From assembly GCA_965206645.1 (NCBI GenBank), contig CBDBKE010000002.1:448001-512000 (forward strand): DNA of 64,000 nt. The letters are read 5' to 3'. The stretch's first letter is position 1. Each line of letters opens with the position of its first letter. The notes beneath the pieces were generated by a model, which was not told the DNA's origin, did not search any database, and was given only the letters and a program-made list of their open reading frames with translations. The translations under genes and the position numbers were made by a program. The stretch is from Terriglobia bacterium (GTDB lineage: Bacteria > Acidobacteriota > Terriglobia > JAJPHL01 > JAPKYU01). Shown one piece after another: positions 32,240 to 42,155 of this stretch.

Positions 32240-34354
32240 ATGCGCACTTTTATCAGCACCGTTTTTGCCGCATTTTGCTTGACCCTGCTTGGCTGCCAGT
32301 CTGACGAGAAAGTCGAACCACCCATGGCAAAGATGATCCCGAAAAAACTCGAGAAACACGGCCACGTCCGCACGGACAACTACTACTGGCTTCGCGAGCG
32401 GAACAATCCCGCGGCGATCGCCTATCTCGAGGCCGAGAACGAGTACACGGCAGCGATGATGGCGGATACCCGAGGTCTACAGGAAAAGCTGTTCAACGAG
32501 TTCAAGGCCCGTATCAAGCAAACGGACATATCGGTGCCCTACAAGAAGGACGATTACTACTACTACACACGCACCGAGGAGGGCCAGCAGTATCCGATCT
32601 ACTGCCGCAAGAAGCGTTTTGGGCGGGCTGCCGAGCAAGTCATGCTCGATGTCAACAAGGTCGCGGAAGGACACGACTTCTGCTCGGTGCGCCGGCCCGA
32701 GATCAGCTCTGGACAAGACATCATGACCTACGCCGTCGATACCGTGGGCCGCCGGTTCTACACCATCTATTTCAAGAATCTCACGACTGGCAAGTTACTA
32801 GACGATGTGATCCCGGACGTGACAGGAGCTATGGCCTGGGCCAACGACAACAAGACGCTATTTTACTCGAAGCAGGATCCGACAACGCTCCGCTCCTATC
32901 GCATATACCGGCATGTGAGGGGAACTGATCCTCCCAAAGACGAACTAGTCCATGAGGAAACTGATGAGACGTTTAGCTGCTTTGTATTCAAGACCAAGTC
33001 CAAGAAGTACATCATGATCGCCTCGTTTCAGACGCTGGCAACGGAATTCCGCTATCTGGAGGCCGATGATCCCCAAGGTGAATTTCGGATTTTCCTGCGC
33101 CGCCAAAGAAATCACGAATACCGGGTCGATCACTACCGAGATTACTTCTACGTCAGGACCAACCACGAAGCGAAGAATTTCCGACTGATGAAAGCGCCAG
33201 TTGCGAGGACTGGAATCGAGCACTGGGAGGAAGTTATCCCTCGTCGCGACGATGTGTTCCTGGACGAGTTTGAGATTTTCAAGGACCATCTCGTGGTGAT
33301 CGAGCGAAAAGACGGTCTGCTCCAGGTGCGCATCATGCCGTGGTCCGGTACGGGGGAGCACTACCTGGACTTCGGTGAGCCAGCTTATGTGGCATACCCC
33401 AGCGACAATTATGACTTCGATACCCCGCTTGTTCGCTACACCTACAGCTCGATGACCACGCCGAAGTCGGTCTATGACTACAACATGGCGACCCGGGAGA
33501 AGAACCTGCTCAAGCGAGAAGAAGTGCTGGGCGGGTTTGATTCCGCGAACTATCAGACGGAGCGTATCCAGGCCACCACAAAGGACGGCGTACGGGTTCC
33601 GATCTCTCTCGTCTACCGCAAAGGCTTCAAGAAAGACGGCACGAATCCGCTTCTACTGTATGGCTACGGCTCTTACGGAGCCAGCATAGATGGCTGGTTC
33701 GATGCCTACCGGATTAGCCTGCTCGACCGAGGCTTCTTGTATGCTCTGGCCCATATCCGCGGAGGGCAGGAGTTGGGACGCCAGTGGTACGAAGATGGCA
33801 AGCTGCTAAAGAAAAAGAACACATTCACCGACTTCATTGCCTGCGGAGAACATCTAATTCGGGAGAAGTACGCCGACCCGAATCGCCTCTTCGCCATGGG
33901 AGGCAGTGCCGGCGGGCTGCTGATGGGGGCTGTGATCAACATGCGCCCGGAGGTTTTCAAAGGCGTGGTCACCAAAGCCCCTTGGGTGGACGTCGTGACG
34001 ACCATGCTGGATGATGACATCCCGCTGACCATCAGCGAATACGACGAGTGGGGCAACCCGAACGACAAGCAATACTATGACTATATGCTGTCTTATTCGC
34101 CGTACGATCAGGTCAAAGCCAAGGACTACCCGAATCTTCTGGTAACGACCGCGCTGCATGACTCCCAGGTCCAGTATTGGGAGCCCGCCAAGTGGGTCGC
34201 CAAGTTGCGAGCACTGAAGACCGACAACAACCGGCTGTTCCTCAAGACCGAGATGGAAGCCAGCCACGGTGGTGTCTCGGGACGCTACAAGAAGTACAGG
34301 GAGATGGCTTTCAACTACGCATTTCTACTCGATCTTGCAGGGATGGGCGAGTAG
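32240..34354 (+). CDS. ptrB: Oligopeptidase B (S9A), probable lipoprotein
   Basis: DNYYWLR, LYGYGSYG, KKKNTFTDF, GGSAGG, HDSQVQYWEPAKW, ASHGG; LLGC lipobox. Confidence 0.95.
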   Translation: MRTFISTVFAAFCLTLLGCQSDEKVEPPMAKMIPKKLEKHGHVRTDNYYWLRERNNPAAIAYLEAENEYTAAMMADTRGLQEKLFNEFKARIKQTDISVPYKKDDYYYYTRTEEGQQYPIYCRKKRFGRAAEQVMLDVNKVAEGHDFCSVRRPEISSGQDIMTYAVDTVGRRFYTIYFKNLTTGKLLDDVIPDVTGAMAWANDNKTLFYSKQDPTTLRSYRIYRHVRGTDPPKDELVHEETDETFSCFVFKTKSKKYIMIASFQTLATEFRYLEADDPQGEFRIFLRRQRNHEYRVDHYRDYFYVRTNHEAKNFRLMKAPVARTGIEHWEEVIPRRDDVFLDEFEIFKDHLVVIERKDGLLQVRIMPWSGTGEHYLDFGEPAYVAYPSDNYDFDTPLVRYTYSSMTTPKSVYDYNMATREKNLLKREEVLGGFDSANYQTERIQATTKDGVRVPISLVYRKGFKKDGTNPLLLYGYGSYGASIDGWFDAYRISLLDRGFLYALAHIRGGQELGRQWYEDGKLLKKKNTFTDFIACGEHLIREKYADPNRLFAMGGSAGGLLMGAVINMRPEVFKGVVTKAPWVDVVTTMLDDDIPLTISEYDEWGNPNDKQYYDYMLSYSPYDQVKAKDYPNLLVTTALHDSQVQYWEPAKWVAKLRALKTDNNRLFLKTEMEASHGGVSGRYKKYREMAFNYAFLLDLAGMGE

Positions 34355-34500
34355 CATCACGTTCGATGTCCTCGCAATCTGCTCCCGCCCCGAACCTGAA
34401 CATAACAGATTCGCATTAGAAGCGAAGCAGGCTCCTGTTGTTCCACCGGCTCTGATCCGGCGTTTGGCGGGCCGCACTCGGTTTGCCTAGGAGTGATTTC

Positions 34501-34522
34501 TGACAGCCAATTTGACAGCCAA
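34501..34522 (+). repeat. Direct repeat TGACAGCCAA x2, putative integrase arm sites
   Basis: TGACAGCCAA-TT-TGACAGCCAA about 100 bp before the tRNA fragment. Confidence 0.6.
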
Positions 34523-34622
34523 CAGGATGGACGACAGCCAAACGCCATGGACGAAATGGAATGAAATCGCATGTAAGTTGCTAAAGAATAGACACCCGTG
34601 AACGCGGTGGACATACTTCCCC

Positions 34623-34670
34623 CGGTTTCGGGACCAGGGGGTCGGAGGTTCAAACCTCTCGCCCCGACCA
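34623..34670 (+). tRNA. 3' half of tRNA-Pro(CGG), an att-site remnant rather than a functional tRNA
   Basis: TTCGGGA anticodon loop, GGAGGTTCAAACCTC T-arm, GCCCCGACCA end; no 5' half or D-arm. Confidence 0.75.
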
Positions 34671-35289
34671 ACAAAATAGCAATCACTCCGACGCTCGAAG
34701 AACCAGGACTTGTAAATTATCGTTCGCTCAAAGCTGCACGATCAGATCATTTCTGCGTTGGGCACTCTCGACGCGATGTACTTCTTTCTTCAGCCATCTC
34801 ATATAAACCACGAACGGCTCCAGCAGATAAGGGACGGATTCCGGCACGCGCCATGAAGAGTCCGCTCTGACACCCTCGACGAGCTTCAGAGAGAAATCAA
34901 ATGGCTCCGCAAGGAAAGCGGCGCAATCGCGAAAAGTTCGTTCTTTCGAGAGGCGCTAGAGGAAGCTCGGGGGATGGCTGCAAGGGGTCAAGTATTCATC
35001 TCGAAATGGCAGATCGAGCGGCGGCTCTTCAGCAGGTTCGACCGGGTAATTGCCAGATGGCCCTATGTCAAGCCCCATGCAATGGTCATCTACGATCCGA
35101 GGGACTACAACGTAAGGCAGCAGGTGTTTGAGCTTGAGGGGGCATTGTTTGGCGACTCCGAAACTCTTCTGGAACAATGCAGAACATTTCACAAGGGGGT
35201 TGAAGATTTCAGGCAGCGGCCCCGCGACGCACATTTCCTACTCCATACGTATCTTCGAACCACTGCGACAGTGATCTTTCATTTTCTAG

Positions 35290-35789
35290 CCCGGATTTCC
35301 TTTTTGAAAACGCAGCGGCAACCTTCAGCTAACCTCCAACGTCAATGTTGATACTGGTTGCAGCATCAATCGGAGCGTTCGGAGGCGTAAACCCAATGGG
35401 TGAGAGCGGAAAACAGGGATTTCAGCTGTCGTTCAACCGATTCCTGCGAGTCGGATTTCAGGGATCACGGGTGACTTCCAATGGTGGACTGATTCTGGTC
35501 CGGGAGTTGGATGAGCGTCTGGGATTCAGCGAACTCATTGACGAGCACCTGACCGATTCGCGGGCAAACAATGCTCGGTTTTCTTTCGCGGACTTGCTGC
35601 GGCAGTCGGTCTACAGTCGCCTAGCTGGATACGAGGATGTAAATGATGCCGAGCGGCTGTCGCAAGACCCGACCTTTCGGCTGATTGGTTCAGAGAAGAC
35701 TTGGGAACGAGGCGCGGCGCTGACCTCCAGGTTGCAAACTTTCGAGACGGAGATGCTGGCGAAGGTGGAGAACTTCGTCGGGTTAGCCT
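35290..35789 (+). mobile_element. IS1380-family 5' fragment
   Basis: IRL CCCGGATTTCC; MGESGKQGFQLSFN...AGYEDVNDAERL; near-identical to 62002-. Confidence 0.88.
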
Positions 35790-35974
35790 GACCGCGCTTC
35801 GGGCCTGTCACAGCCGCCCTGGCCCTTACATTCGTTGTGGCCTTTACAGACGTGCTTGGCCTTCCCTTCCTCGCCAGCAGCGAATGCCCGGCCGGGGTCG
35901 CCGATAACCTTGGCGCCGACTGCCATTCCCGTCACCGCCGCTCCCATTAGCTTACTGAACGTTCTGCGATCCAT
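35790..35974 (-). pseudogene. Truncated Tat-exported Cys-rich peptide (bufferin/MNIO-precursor-like)
   Basis: MDRRTFSK Tat motif, AFA cleavage, KHVCKGHNECKGQGGC; GGAGGAG RBS. Confidence 0.55.
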
Positions 35975-36188
35975 TGATTCTTCTCCTCCCTCAGTCGCCG
36001 GCAGAAAAAGCGCCGGGTTAAATTCCCGTTGCTGAAACTAGGCCCACAGCCAACCTTCTTGGGGGATTAGCCGAAGACACGCTTCGCCTCCTTCGCAGCT
36101 ACACGTAATCGGGAACTCCCCATTTCAACCTTTGCTCGGGCCAGGATTCTGGGCCAGCCGCCATGTCAAGTCAATCTCAATCGGTAAA

Positions 36189-36971
36189 CTAGCTTTTCTT
36201 CCCCATTTTCGTATCGACCGTCAGGTCATTCGTCACCTCGAAGGCCAATACACCGGTGCGTACAAGGCTCTCGGCCAGTTGCCGCTCCAGCTTCTGCGCC
36301 ACCGCTCCCTTGAGGGTGATGTTGCCGTTCTGGACGATGACGTGGATGGGAGGCAAGCGCCGGTTGGCGTATCGCAGGAAAGCCGGATGGCCGTAGATCG
36401 CCCGCACGGCTGCAACGCGTATCTGATCGTCGAAAGGGGAAGTGGGTAAGATCTCAACCTCATTATTGACCCTGCGAACTCCCGGCACGGTTTCGACCAG
36501 TCTTTGGTAGTCGTCTTTCCGCCAGGGTTCCCTCACCCAACCCTTAAGATTGACCACGCCATTGCGGACCTCGCCTTCGATCCAATCGAAGATGTCGTAG
36601 AAGACAAAGCTGCGGATCGAGCGCGCCGCGTGGTCGGCAATCTGCTGATCGGAGCGGTCGGACGCCTCGATAACCAGGTGATTCTCCACCCGTGCTACAT
36701 CCTCCACCCGGCTGGCCTCCTGTTGCGCCCGCTTCTTCTCGGCAAGGCTCAAAACCGTTCCCTCCAAGGTGACCATATGATCGTCCACGGACACCCGGAT
36801 GTTGTCCTCCCGCTGCAATTCGTGCTTGATCAGTTGGTGCTCGACCAGGGTCTTGATCATCGCATCCGAAAGTGGGTCGTGGCGGCCTTGAACAGTGCTT
36901 ACACTTACAAACAGCCCCACAGCTAGCAAGATCGGCAACATGCCCTCGATGGTCCTTAGTTTGGTTTTCAT
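36189..36971 (-). CDS. Secreted triple BON-domain protein
   Basis: Signal peptide; three SDxxI...VxLxGxV...VxNxL repeats. Confidence 0.88.
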   Translation of the reverse strand: MKTKLRTIEGMLPILLAVGLFVSVSTVQGRHDPLSDAMIKTLVEHQLIKHELQREDNIRVSVDDHMVTLEGTVLSLAEKKRAQQEASRVEDVARVENHLVIEASDRSDQQIADHAARSIRSFVFYDIFDWIEGEVRNGVVNLKGWVREPWRKDDYQRLVETVPGVRRVNNEVEILPTSPFDDQIRVAAVRAIYGHPAFLRYANRRLPPIHVIVQNGNITLKGAVAQKLERQLAESLVRTGVLAFEVTNDLTVDTKMGKKS

Positions 36972-37065
36972 TTCTGGTTCCCTTTCTCAAGTCCCGTTCT
37001 ATTCCTCTCCCCTTCTGGGAGGGAACCCCAGCAAAGTCACGGGTTTCTCCCCGGTCTTGGAATCT

Positions 37066-37860
37066 TCAATTGCGGGTCCGGTTGAACTGAGATTTCAGGA
37101 CCAGCAAGGTTCGGTCGTCGTTGGCCGGCCTCCCTCCTGCAAAGGCCTCGACCACTTCGAGCAAGGCCTGGCCGGTCTCCGCCGGGGATGTGACTGGAAC
37201 CCCGGCTGCCGCCCGCATCAGTCCTTCGTGCCCTAACTCGTCGTCGATTGGGCTCCTGCCTTCCGTCATCCCATCGGTGTAGAAAACCAGCAGGTCGCCG
37301 TCCTCCAGCTGGAAGCCGCTTTGCTGGTACTCGGTGCCGGAGATAAGTCCCAGGGGGATGTCGGAAATGGCGGACAAAGATCTGGGGCTATGATCGGACA
37401 CCCAGTCCCAGCGCCGTTCCCTGGCGTGATACCAGAGGGGGGGATAGTGCCCGGCGTTGGTCACCAGCAGTTGGCCGCGGACGGTGTAGAAGCCCAGAAC
37501 CAACATGGTGGCAAAACCGACGTGGGCCGATCTCCGCGGGAATGACCGGTTCAGTTCCCGAGCGAAGTCCGATTGATCCCAGACATTGATGTATTTCCTC
37601 ACTAGCTCATGGAGCGTTTCCGCCATCGGGCTGACGGCCTGCCCATGCCCCTCGACATCCGCCAGCACAATCCGCGAGAGCGCTCCCTTGTTGCAGACCG
37701 ACAAGTAGTAGACATCCCCGCCGCCAGTGCCAGGACCGAGAGGAGCAGAGTGAATCCATCCGGAAAGGCCGGGAAGCTCAAACTCACAATCCACCTGGTG
37801 ATTCCCGCCCCATACTTCCATGCAAGCCAATTGGAAGCCTTTCTGCTTTGCGCTGAGCAT
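37066..37860 (-). CDS. PP2C/SpoIIE-family phosphatase
   Basis: GGDVY, LADVEGHG, NAGH, FYTDGMTE, DDRT; AGGAGG RBS before ATG 37860. Confidence 0.88.
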   Translation of the reverse strand: MLSAKQKGFQLACMEVWGGNHQVDCEFELPGLSGWIHSAPLGPGTGGGDVYYLSVCNKGALSRIVLADVEGHGQAVSPMAETLHELVRKYINVWDQSDFARELNRSFPRRSAHVGFATMLVLGFYTVRGQLLVTNAGHYPPLWYHARERRWDWVSDHSPRSLSAISDIPLGLISGTEYQQSGFQLEDGDLLVFYTDGMTEGRSPIDDELGHEGLMRAAAGVPVTSPAETGQALLEVVEAFAGGRPANDDRTLLVLKSQFNRTRN

Positions 37861-37947
37861 CGTTCCTCCTAAATCTCGTCTGTCCGAAGCCGTGTTGGCA
37901 TCCACAGGCTGAGCTGCCTCCGCTGTTTCCACTGAGGCCGCTGCAGC

Positions 37948-38120
37948 AGCGGGGCGGTGGCAAAATTGACCCCGAACCGCCGGCACCATACCGTCACCGC
38001 ACGATATTTGGCCAGATCGTAGCGCTCGAGGATAGTGTCTTCGGCCCTATACACCACTCCCATGCCACCGGCGCCCAGCTTCTCCAAGACGCGGTAGTGA
38101 GAAGTTGTCTTGCCAGTCAT
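37948..38120 (-). pseudogene. In-frame chimera: Ser/Thr kinase start fused to a DM13-domain end
   Basis: HYRVLEKLGAGGMGVVYRAED then DLAKYRAVTVWCRRFGVNFATAPL. Confidence 0.7.
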
Positions 38121-38238
38121 GGGGAGTGCCTTGTTCCGGTCTCCCATGGAATGAAGTTCATAGTTGCCTTAGATGCAGAGATGGGCGGGCAGGATTCACC
38201 GGGAATTTCTGAACTCCCCGGATAGCAGTGCTCGCTGA

Positions 38239-38328
38239 GACCCGCTCACCTGCCCTGAGGATCGCATCCGCGACACCAAAGCCCTGGTGGCCATGGTGGA
38301 TGGCCGCATCGTCCACGAAACCCAATAA
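38239..38328 (+). pseudogene. C-terminal shard of a YtcJ-type amidohydrolase
   Basis: DPLTCPEDRIRDTKALVAMVDGRIVHE*. Confidence 0.55.
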
Positions 38329-38411
38329 GCTGACGATTGTGGTGGGCAGTTAGACGGTGGCTCGGGAGTACTGCCGGGGTTTGAACTCCGTCTTTGCGCC
38401 TTCCATCGGGA

Positions 38412-38559
38412 GACACCGGCCTGGACTACGCCATGGCACACTCCCACTCGGCCACCATTGCGCCCTTCCTCATCTCTGACCCTTAGGGCCAACATGCGGG
38501 TCAACAGCCACCAACCCTTCAACCGCTATAGCTACGTGTAAAACGACCCGCTCAATTTC
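38412..38559 (+). pseudogene. Degraded RHS-core remnant
   Basis: DTGLDYAMA, FLISDP, FNRYSYV*NDPLNF across frameshifts. Confidence 0.6.
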
Positions 38560-38623
38560 AGAGGTCCTGCTAAGAGCGCGCTTGAGCCGACGGCACGGCT
38601 TCGGTCGCGTGAGCGTCCCGCGT

Positions 38624-38701
38624 TGTCATTCTGAGCGCGTGCCAAGAATCCCCGCAGTTAGTAAGGAACTACTGAGACCCTTCGTTGCGCTCAGGGTGAC
38701 A
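38624..38701. repeat. REP-like palindromic element
   Basis: TGTCATTCTGAGCGC ... GCGCTCAGGGTGACA. Confidence 0.7.
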
Positions 38702-39125
38702 GCATGGGAACCTTCGCAGACATCATGAAGTGATGCGCGCGCCACCCGCCAAGATGCTTCGCCCGTCGGCACGTCACTCGCCACTGTCCATAGGCCGAGG
38801 GTTCGTCAACGCCAAAAGCCCACGGCATGAACGCCATGCAAACCTAGCCCGCCCCGGTAAACAGTCCTCTCAGTTGTTAAGCTCACTTAAGTGCAGCTGC
38901 AGTTGCAACCGAACAGTATGCCATTCTGCAGGTGTTTACCTTGATGATTTCGCGGTTGTGCGTACCGGCTGGGCATAGACTCCGGAGCCCAGGAAACTTG
39001 AAATCGAAAATCCCGGTTGCGTGATGTCCGGGTGGAGTCTTGGCCCGCTGGAAGGATTCTATGCAGGTCAGCCTAAACAGGAGTTATGCCGCGAGGTTCG
39101 AACCATTATGAAAGAGGTAACTAAG

Positions 39126-40814
39126 CCCGGATTTCCTTTATGAACTATCGGCGGCAACCTTCTGAATGACTCCAACGTCAGTATTGATAGCCCGCGGGTC
39201 CTCCAGTTGTTAATCAAGCTGCATTGCCAGTTCCGGAGGTGTACACCGAATGGGTAGAGAGCCAAAAACAGTTGCGTGATGTCCGTTTCAACTGTCATTC
39301 AACCGGTTTCTGCGGGTCACATTTCAGGGATCGCGAATCACTTCCGACGGCGGTCTGATTGTGGTGCGCGAGTTGGACGAACGTTTGGGGTTCGGCGAAC
39401 TTATCGAACAGCACTTGATCGACTCTCGGGGGAAGAACACCCGGTTGCCCCTCGCTGACTTGCTGCGGCAGTCCATCTACAGCCGCTTGGCAGGATACGA
39501 AGACGTCAACGACGCCGAGCGGCTTTCCCGAGATCCGACGTTCCGGGTGATCGGTTCGGAGAAGATCTGGGAACGTGGCGCAGCCCTGACTTCCCGGTTA
39601 CAGTCGTTCGAGACAGAACTGCTGACGCAAGACGAGAACCTTGCTGGTTTGGCAGCGATCAACCGGGATTTGATCGCCAAGGCGGAAGCTATGGATGCGC
39701 CGCGCCGGGTGGTGCTGGACATGGACAGCACCGAGATCCCGGTCTACGGCGAACAGGAGCAGAGCGCCTACAACGGGCATTTCGAGTCGAGTTGCTATCA
39801 CCCGTTGTTGCTGTTCAGTCGCGAGGGTGACTGTCTGGCGGCCAAGCTGCGACCCGGCAACGTGCACAGCGCCGAGGATTGGGAAGAACTTCTCCTGCCA
39901 GAGATCGAACGGCAGCAGAAGCTGGGCAAGGAAGTGGTGTTTCGCGCCGACGCCGCCTTCGCCAAGCCGGAGATCTACGACGCACTGGAGGAGCGGGACG
40001 TGAAGTATGCGATTCGCATCCCGGCCAACGACAGTCTGGAGAGGGACATCGCGGAGTTGTTGACGCGGTCAGTGGGGCGACCGAGCCACAAGCCGGTGGT
40101 CTGGCACAAGAGCTTTCTCTACCAGGCAGCCAGTTGGAAAAAGGCGCGGCGGGTGGTGGCGAAGGTGGAGTTCCACTTTGGCGAACTGTTCCCTCGCGTG
40201 GGGTTCATCGTCACCAATCTGGAGACCGACAGCCGGGCGGTGGTCCGGTTCTACAACAAGCGGGGCACCGCAGAGCAATGGATCAAGGAAGGCAAGCAGG
40301 CGGTAAAGATGACCCGGCTGAGTTGCCATCGGTTTCGGTCGAACGAGGTGCGCCTATGGCTGAGCCTGATCGCCTACAACTTGGGAAACCTGTGGCGGCG
40401 GCTGGTGCTACCGAAGAGGATCAATAACTGGTCGCTGACGAGTTTGCAGCAGCGGCTGGTGAAAACGGGCGGACGGCTGGTGAAACATGCGCGATATTAC
40501 TGGCTTTTGCTGGCCGAAGGGCACTTGAGCCGGAGGCTGTTCAGCAGCATGCTGCGAACGATCTCGGCACTGCCGCTGCCAGACGGCTAGCGACCCAGGA
40601 GAGAGGGTAATTTTAGGTGCTCAGAAGTGGTCGGGCCGGACAAGTGTCAGCGGCGAGGCAGGCTGGGCAGGCGAAACCCGCACAGCGACTCCGAAGAACA
40701 GCCAAAATGTGCCGCACTACCACCTCAAAGAGGCCCGGGCGATTTGCGATTGACACGACAGGGTAAGAGGCATAGGTTTTCGGGTGAAGGGGAAGCTCAA
40801 AATGGAAATTCCGG
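39126..40814 (+). mobile_element. Full-length IS1380-family element; transposase ORF 39361-40590, N-terminus disrupted
   Basis: IRs CCCGGATTTCC / GGAAATTCCGG, 5-bp TSD CTAAG; LDMDST, RADAAF, YNKRGTAEQWIKE. Confidence 0.92.
40750..40778 (+). promoter_or_regulatory. Outward-facing promoter in the IS1380 right end
   Basis: TTGACA-17 bp-TAGGTT. Confidence 0.6.
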
Positions 40815-41065
40815 CTAAGGAAGAATTCAAAAAGTTGCACTTCAAACTCGGCGGTGGAGCCGCCACAGGTTGGGATCGCGACTATTGGAACAAGTTTTTT
40901 GCGCACAACGAAAGAACTGACATGGAGTACTTAGTGGAAGAACGGGAAACGCCGGAGCACACCAGAATGATGATCGTCACTGACAATAGCGCGAAAGAAT
41001 ATCGTCTGTTCTTTTTAACTGAAGAGGCGGAGGATCGCTTTCTTGAGTTTCCGGAGGAAAGCTGA
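40802..41065 (+). CDS. Small hypothetical protein; original start at 39108, new start inside the IS end
   Basis: MKEVTK (39108-39125) and MEIPAK (40802-40819) both continue in frame into EEFKKL... Confidence 0.65.
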   Translation: MEIPAKEEFKKLHFKLGGGAATGWDRDYWNKFFAHNERTDMEYLVEERETPEHTRMMIVTDNSAKEYRLFFLTEEAEDRFLEFPEES

Positions 41066-41119
41066 AGTGCGGCATAACAGGGCGCTGCTCCCGACGAGGC
41101 TTTTTGCTTACAGCAATGG

Positions 41120-41240
41120 ACAGCGCACCAGCCTGCTTTAAGGCTTGCCCAATTGCTTTGACAACGAACTGCTTAAGCGTGATGCCCGCATGGCAGCGGT
41201 AGCCTTTGCCCGTCGCAACAGATCCCTAGAAGTCTATGGG
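41120..41240 (-). pseudogene. Ribbon-helix-helix/antitoxin-like shard
   Basis: DLLRRAKATAAM/GITLKQFVVKAIGQAL with a frameshift. Confidence 0.45.
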
Positions 41241-41340
41241 GCTGCCTTTCGCGGTCCCGCCTTGTAGTTCCTCCTAGGCTTTCTTGCGACCAGCTTTCGT
41301 TGCTGCTGGATTCACTTTACCCGAATCAACAGAAATATTC

Positions 41341-41467
41341 GGCGGGACCTATCTACTCTCAGCTATTAAAGTGACGCTGCCTCCAGGTAGGCACTTGTCC
41401 GGATAGCCGACTATACGTCCAAGTGAAACCGGGATTGATAACGCTAGCCCGTTTGTGGCGACCTATC
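41341..41467 (-). repeat. Composite site C: X-Y-linker-half X
   Basis: Y 41393-41424, X 41436-41463, half X at 41341-41353. Confidence 0.8.
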
Positions 41468-41534
41468 AGGCTTTCCTGGACATGCGACCCGGCAGGCGAT
41501 AATCTTTGGTCCTTCCCCTCCGAGGGGGACAGAC

Positions 41535-41945
41535 ATGCGTAGGTTCTTGATTCGTTCCATAGGGCCGGGAATGGCACTGCTAGCCCTGGGGCTGCTCGCC
41601 ATCGGCCTAGTGGAGATGGACTTCCGCCCCGTCCTTGCCGACAAGCAATACTCCGTAGCGAAAACTCCAGCGGCCACCAAGCCGCAGGTGGTGGAGACTT
41701 TCGGGAAGCTGCCTCTCTATTTCATTGAGAACCAGGGGCAGCTCGACCCTCGCGTCGCCTACTACACCCAGGGTGGCGACAAGAACATCTACTTCACTAG
41801 CCGCGGGGTGACGTTCGCGCTGACACGCGCCGGGGAGGGAGAGCCCTCATCGGAGGCCCTCGTGCACCCCGTCTCTTACCGGGGGACCGGCGGCGCCAAG
41901 GAGCACGGTTCGCAAAGGGAAGCGCAGCGCTGGGTGTGGTCATGA
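41535..41945 (+). pseudogene. N-terminal fragment of an SBBP/beta-propeller surface protein
   Basis: Signal peptide, FGKLPLYFIENQGQLDPRVAYY; paralog at 61430-61832. Confidence 0.75.
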
Positions 41946-42155
41946 TCAAAGGGACCAGCACCCTGCTAAGCTGGATGTACAATCAGCAGACGCTCCCAAG
42001 GGGGTAGCTATGAGGAGGTGTACAATCTTGCCAAGGCTTCGAGGGCTTCTGGGAGTTTAATCCTCAATGGGTGGTGAAAAAAGCAACACGCCCGGCGACC
42101 AGCCAGCGAGGCAGTGCTTGGAAGCAGGAATCGGACCTTGGGCCGTTTCGCCAGT

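Larger units (their letters stand above)
39083..41095 (+). other. Integron-like gene cassette interrupted by IS1380
   Basis: GTTATGCCGC 39083-39092 and GCGGCATAAC 41069-41078 bracket one small gene. Confidence 0.55.

Noticed and set aside
34623-34670. Functional tRNA-Pro gene
   Set aside because: No 5' acceptor strand or D-arm upstream, and the T-loop is shortened.
34901-35289. ORFs between the tRNA fragment and IS1380
   Set aside because: Possibly an IS-truncated gene, but no recognisable motif; left unannotated.
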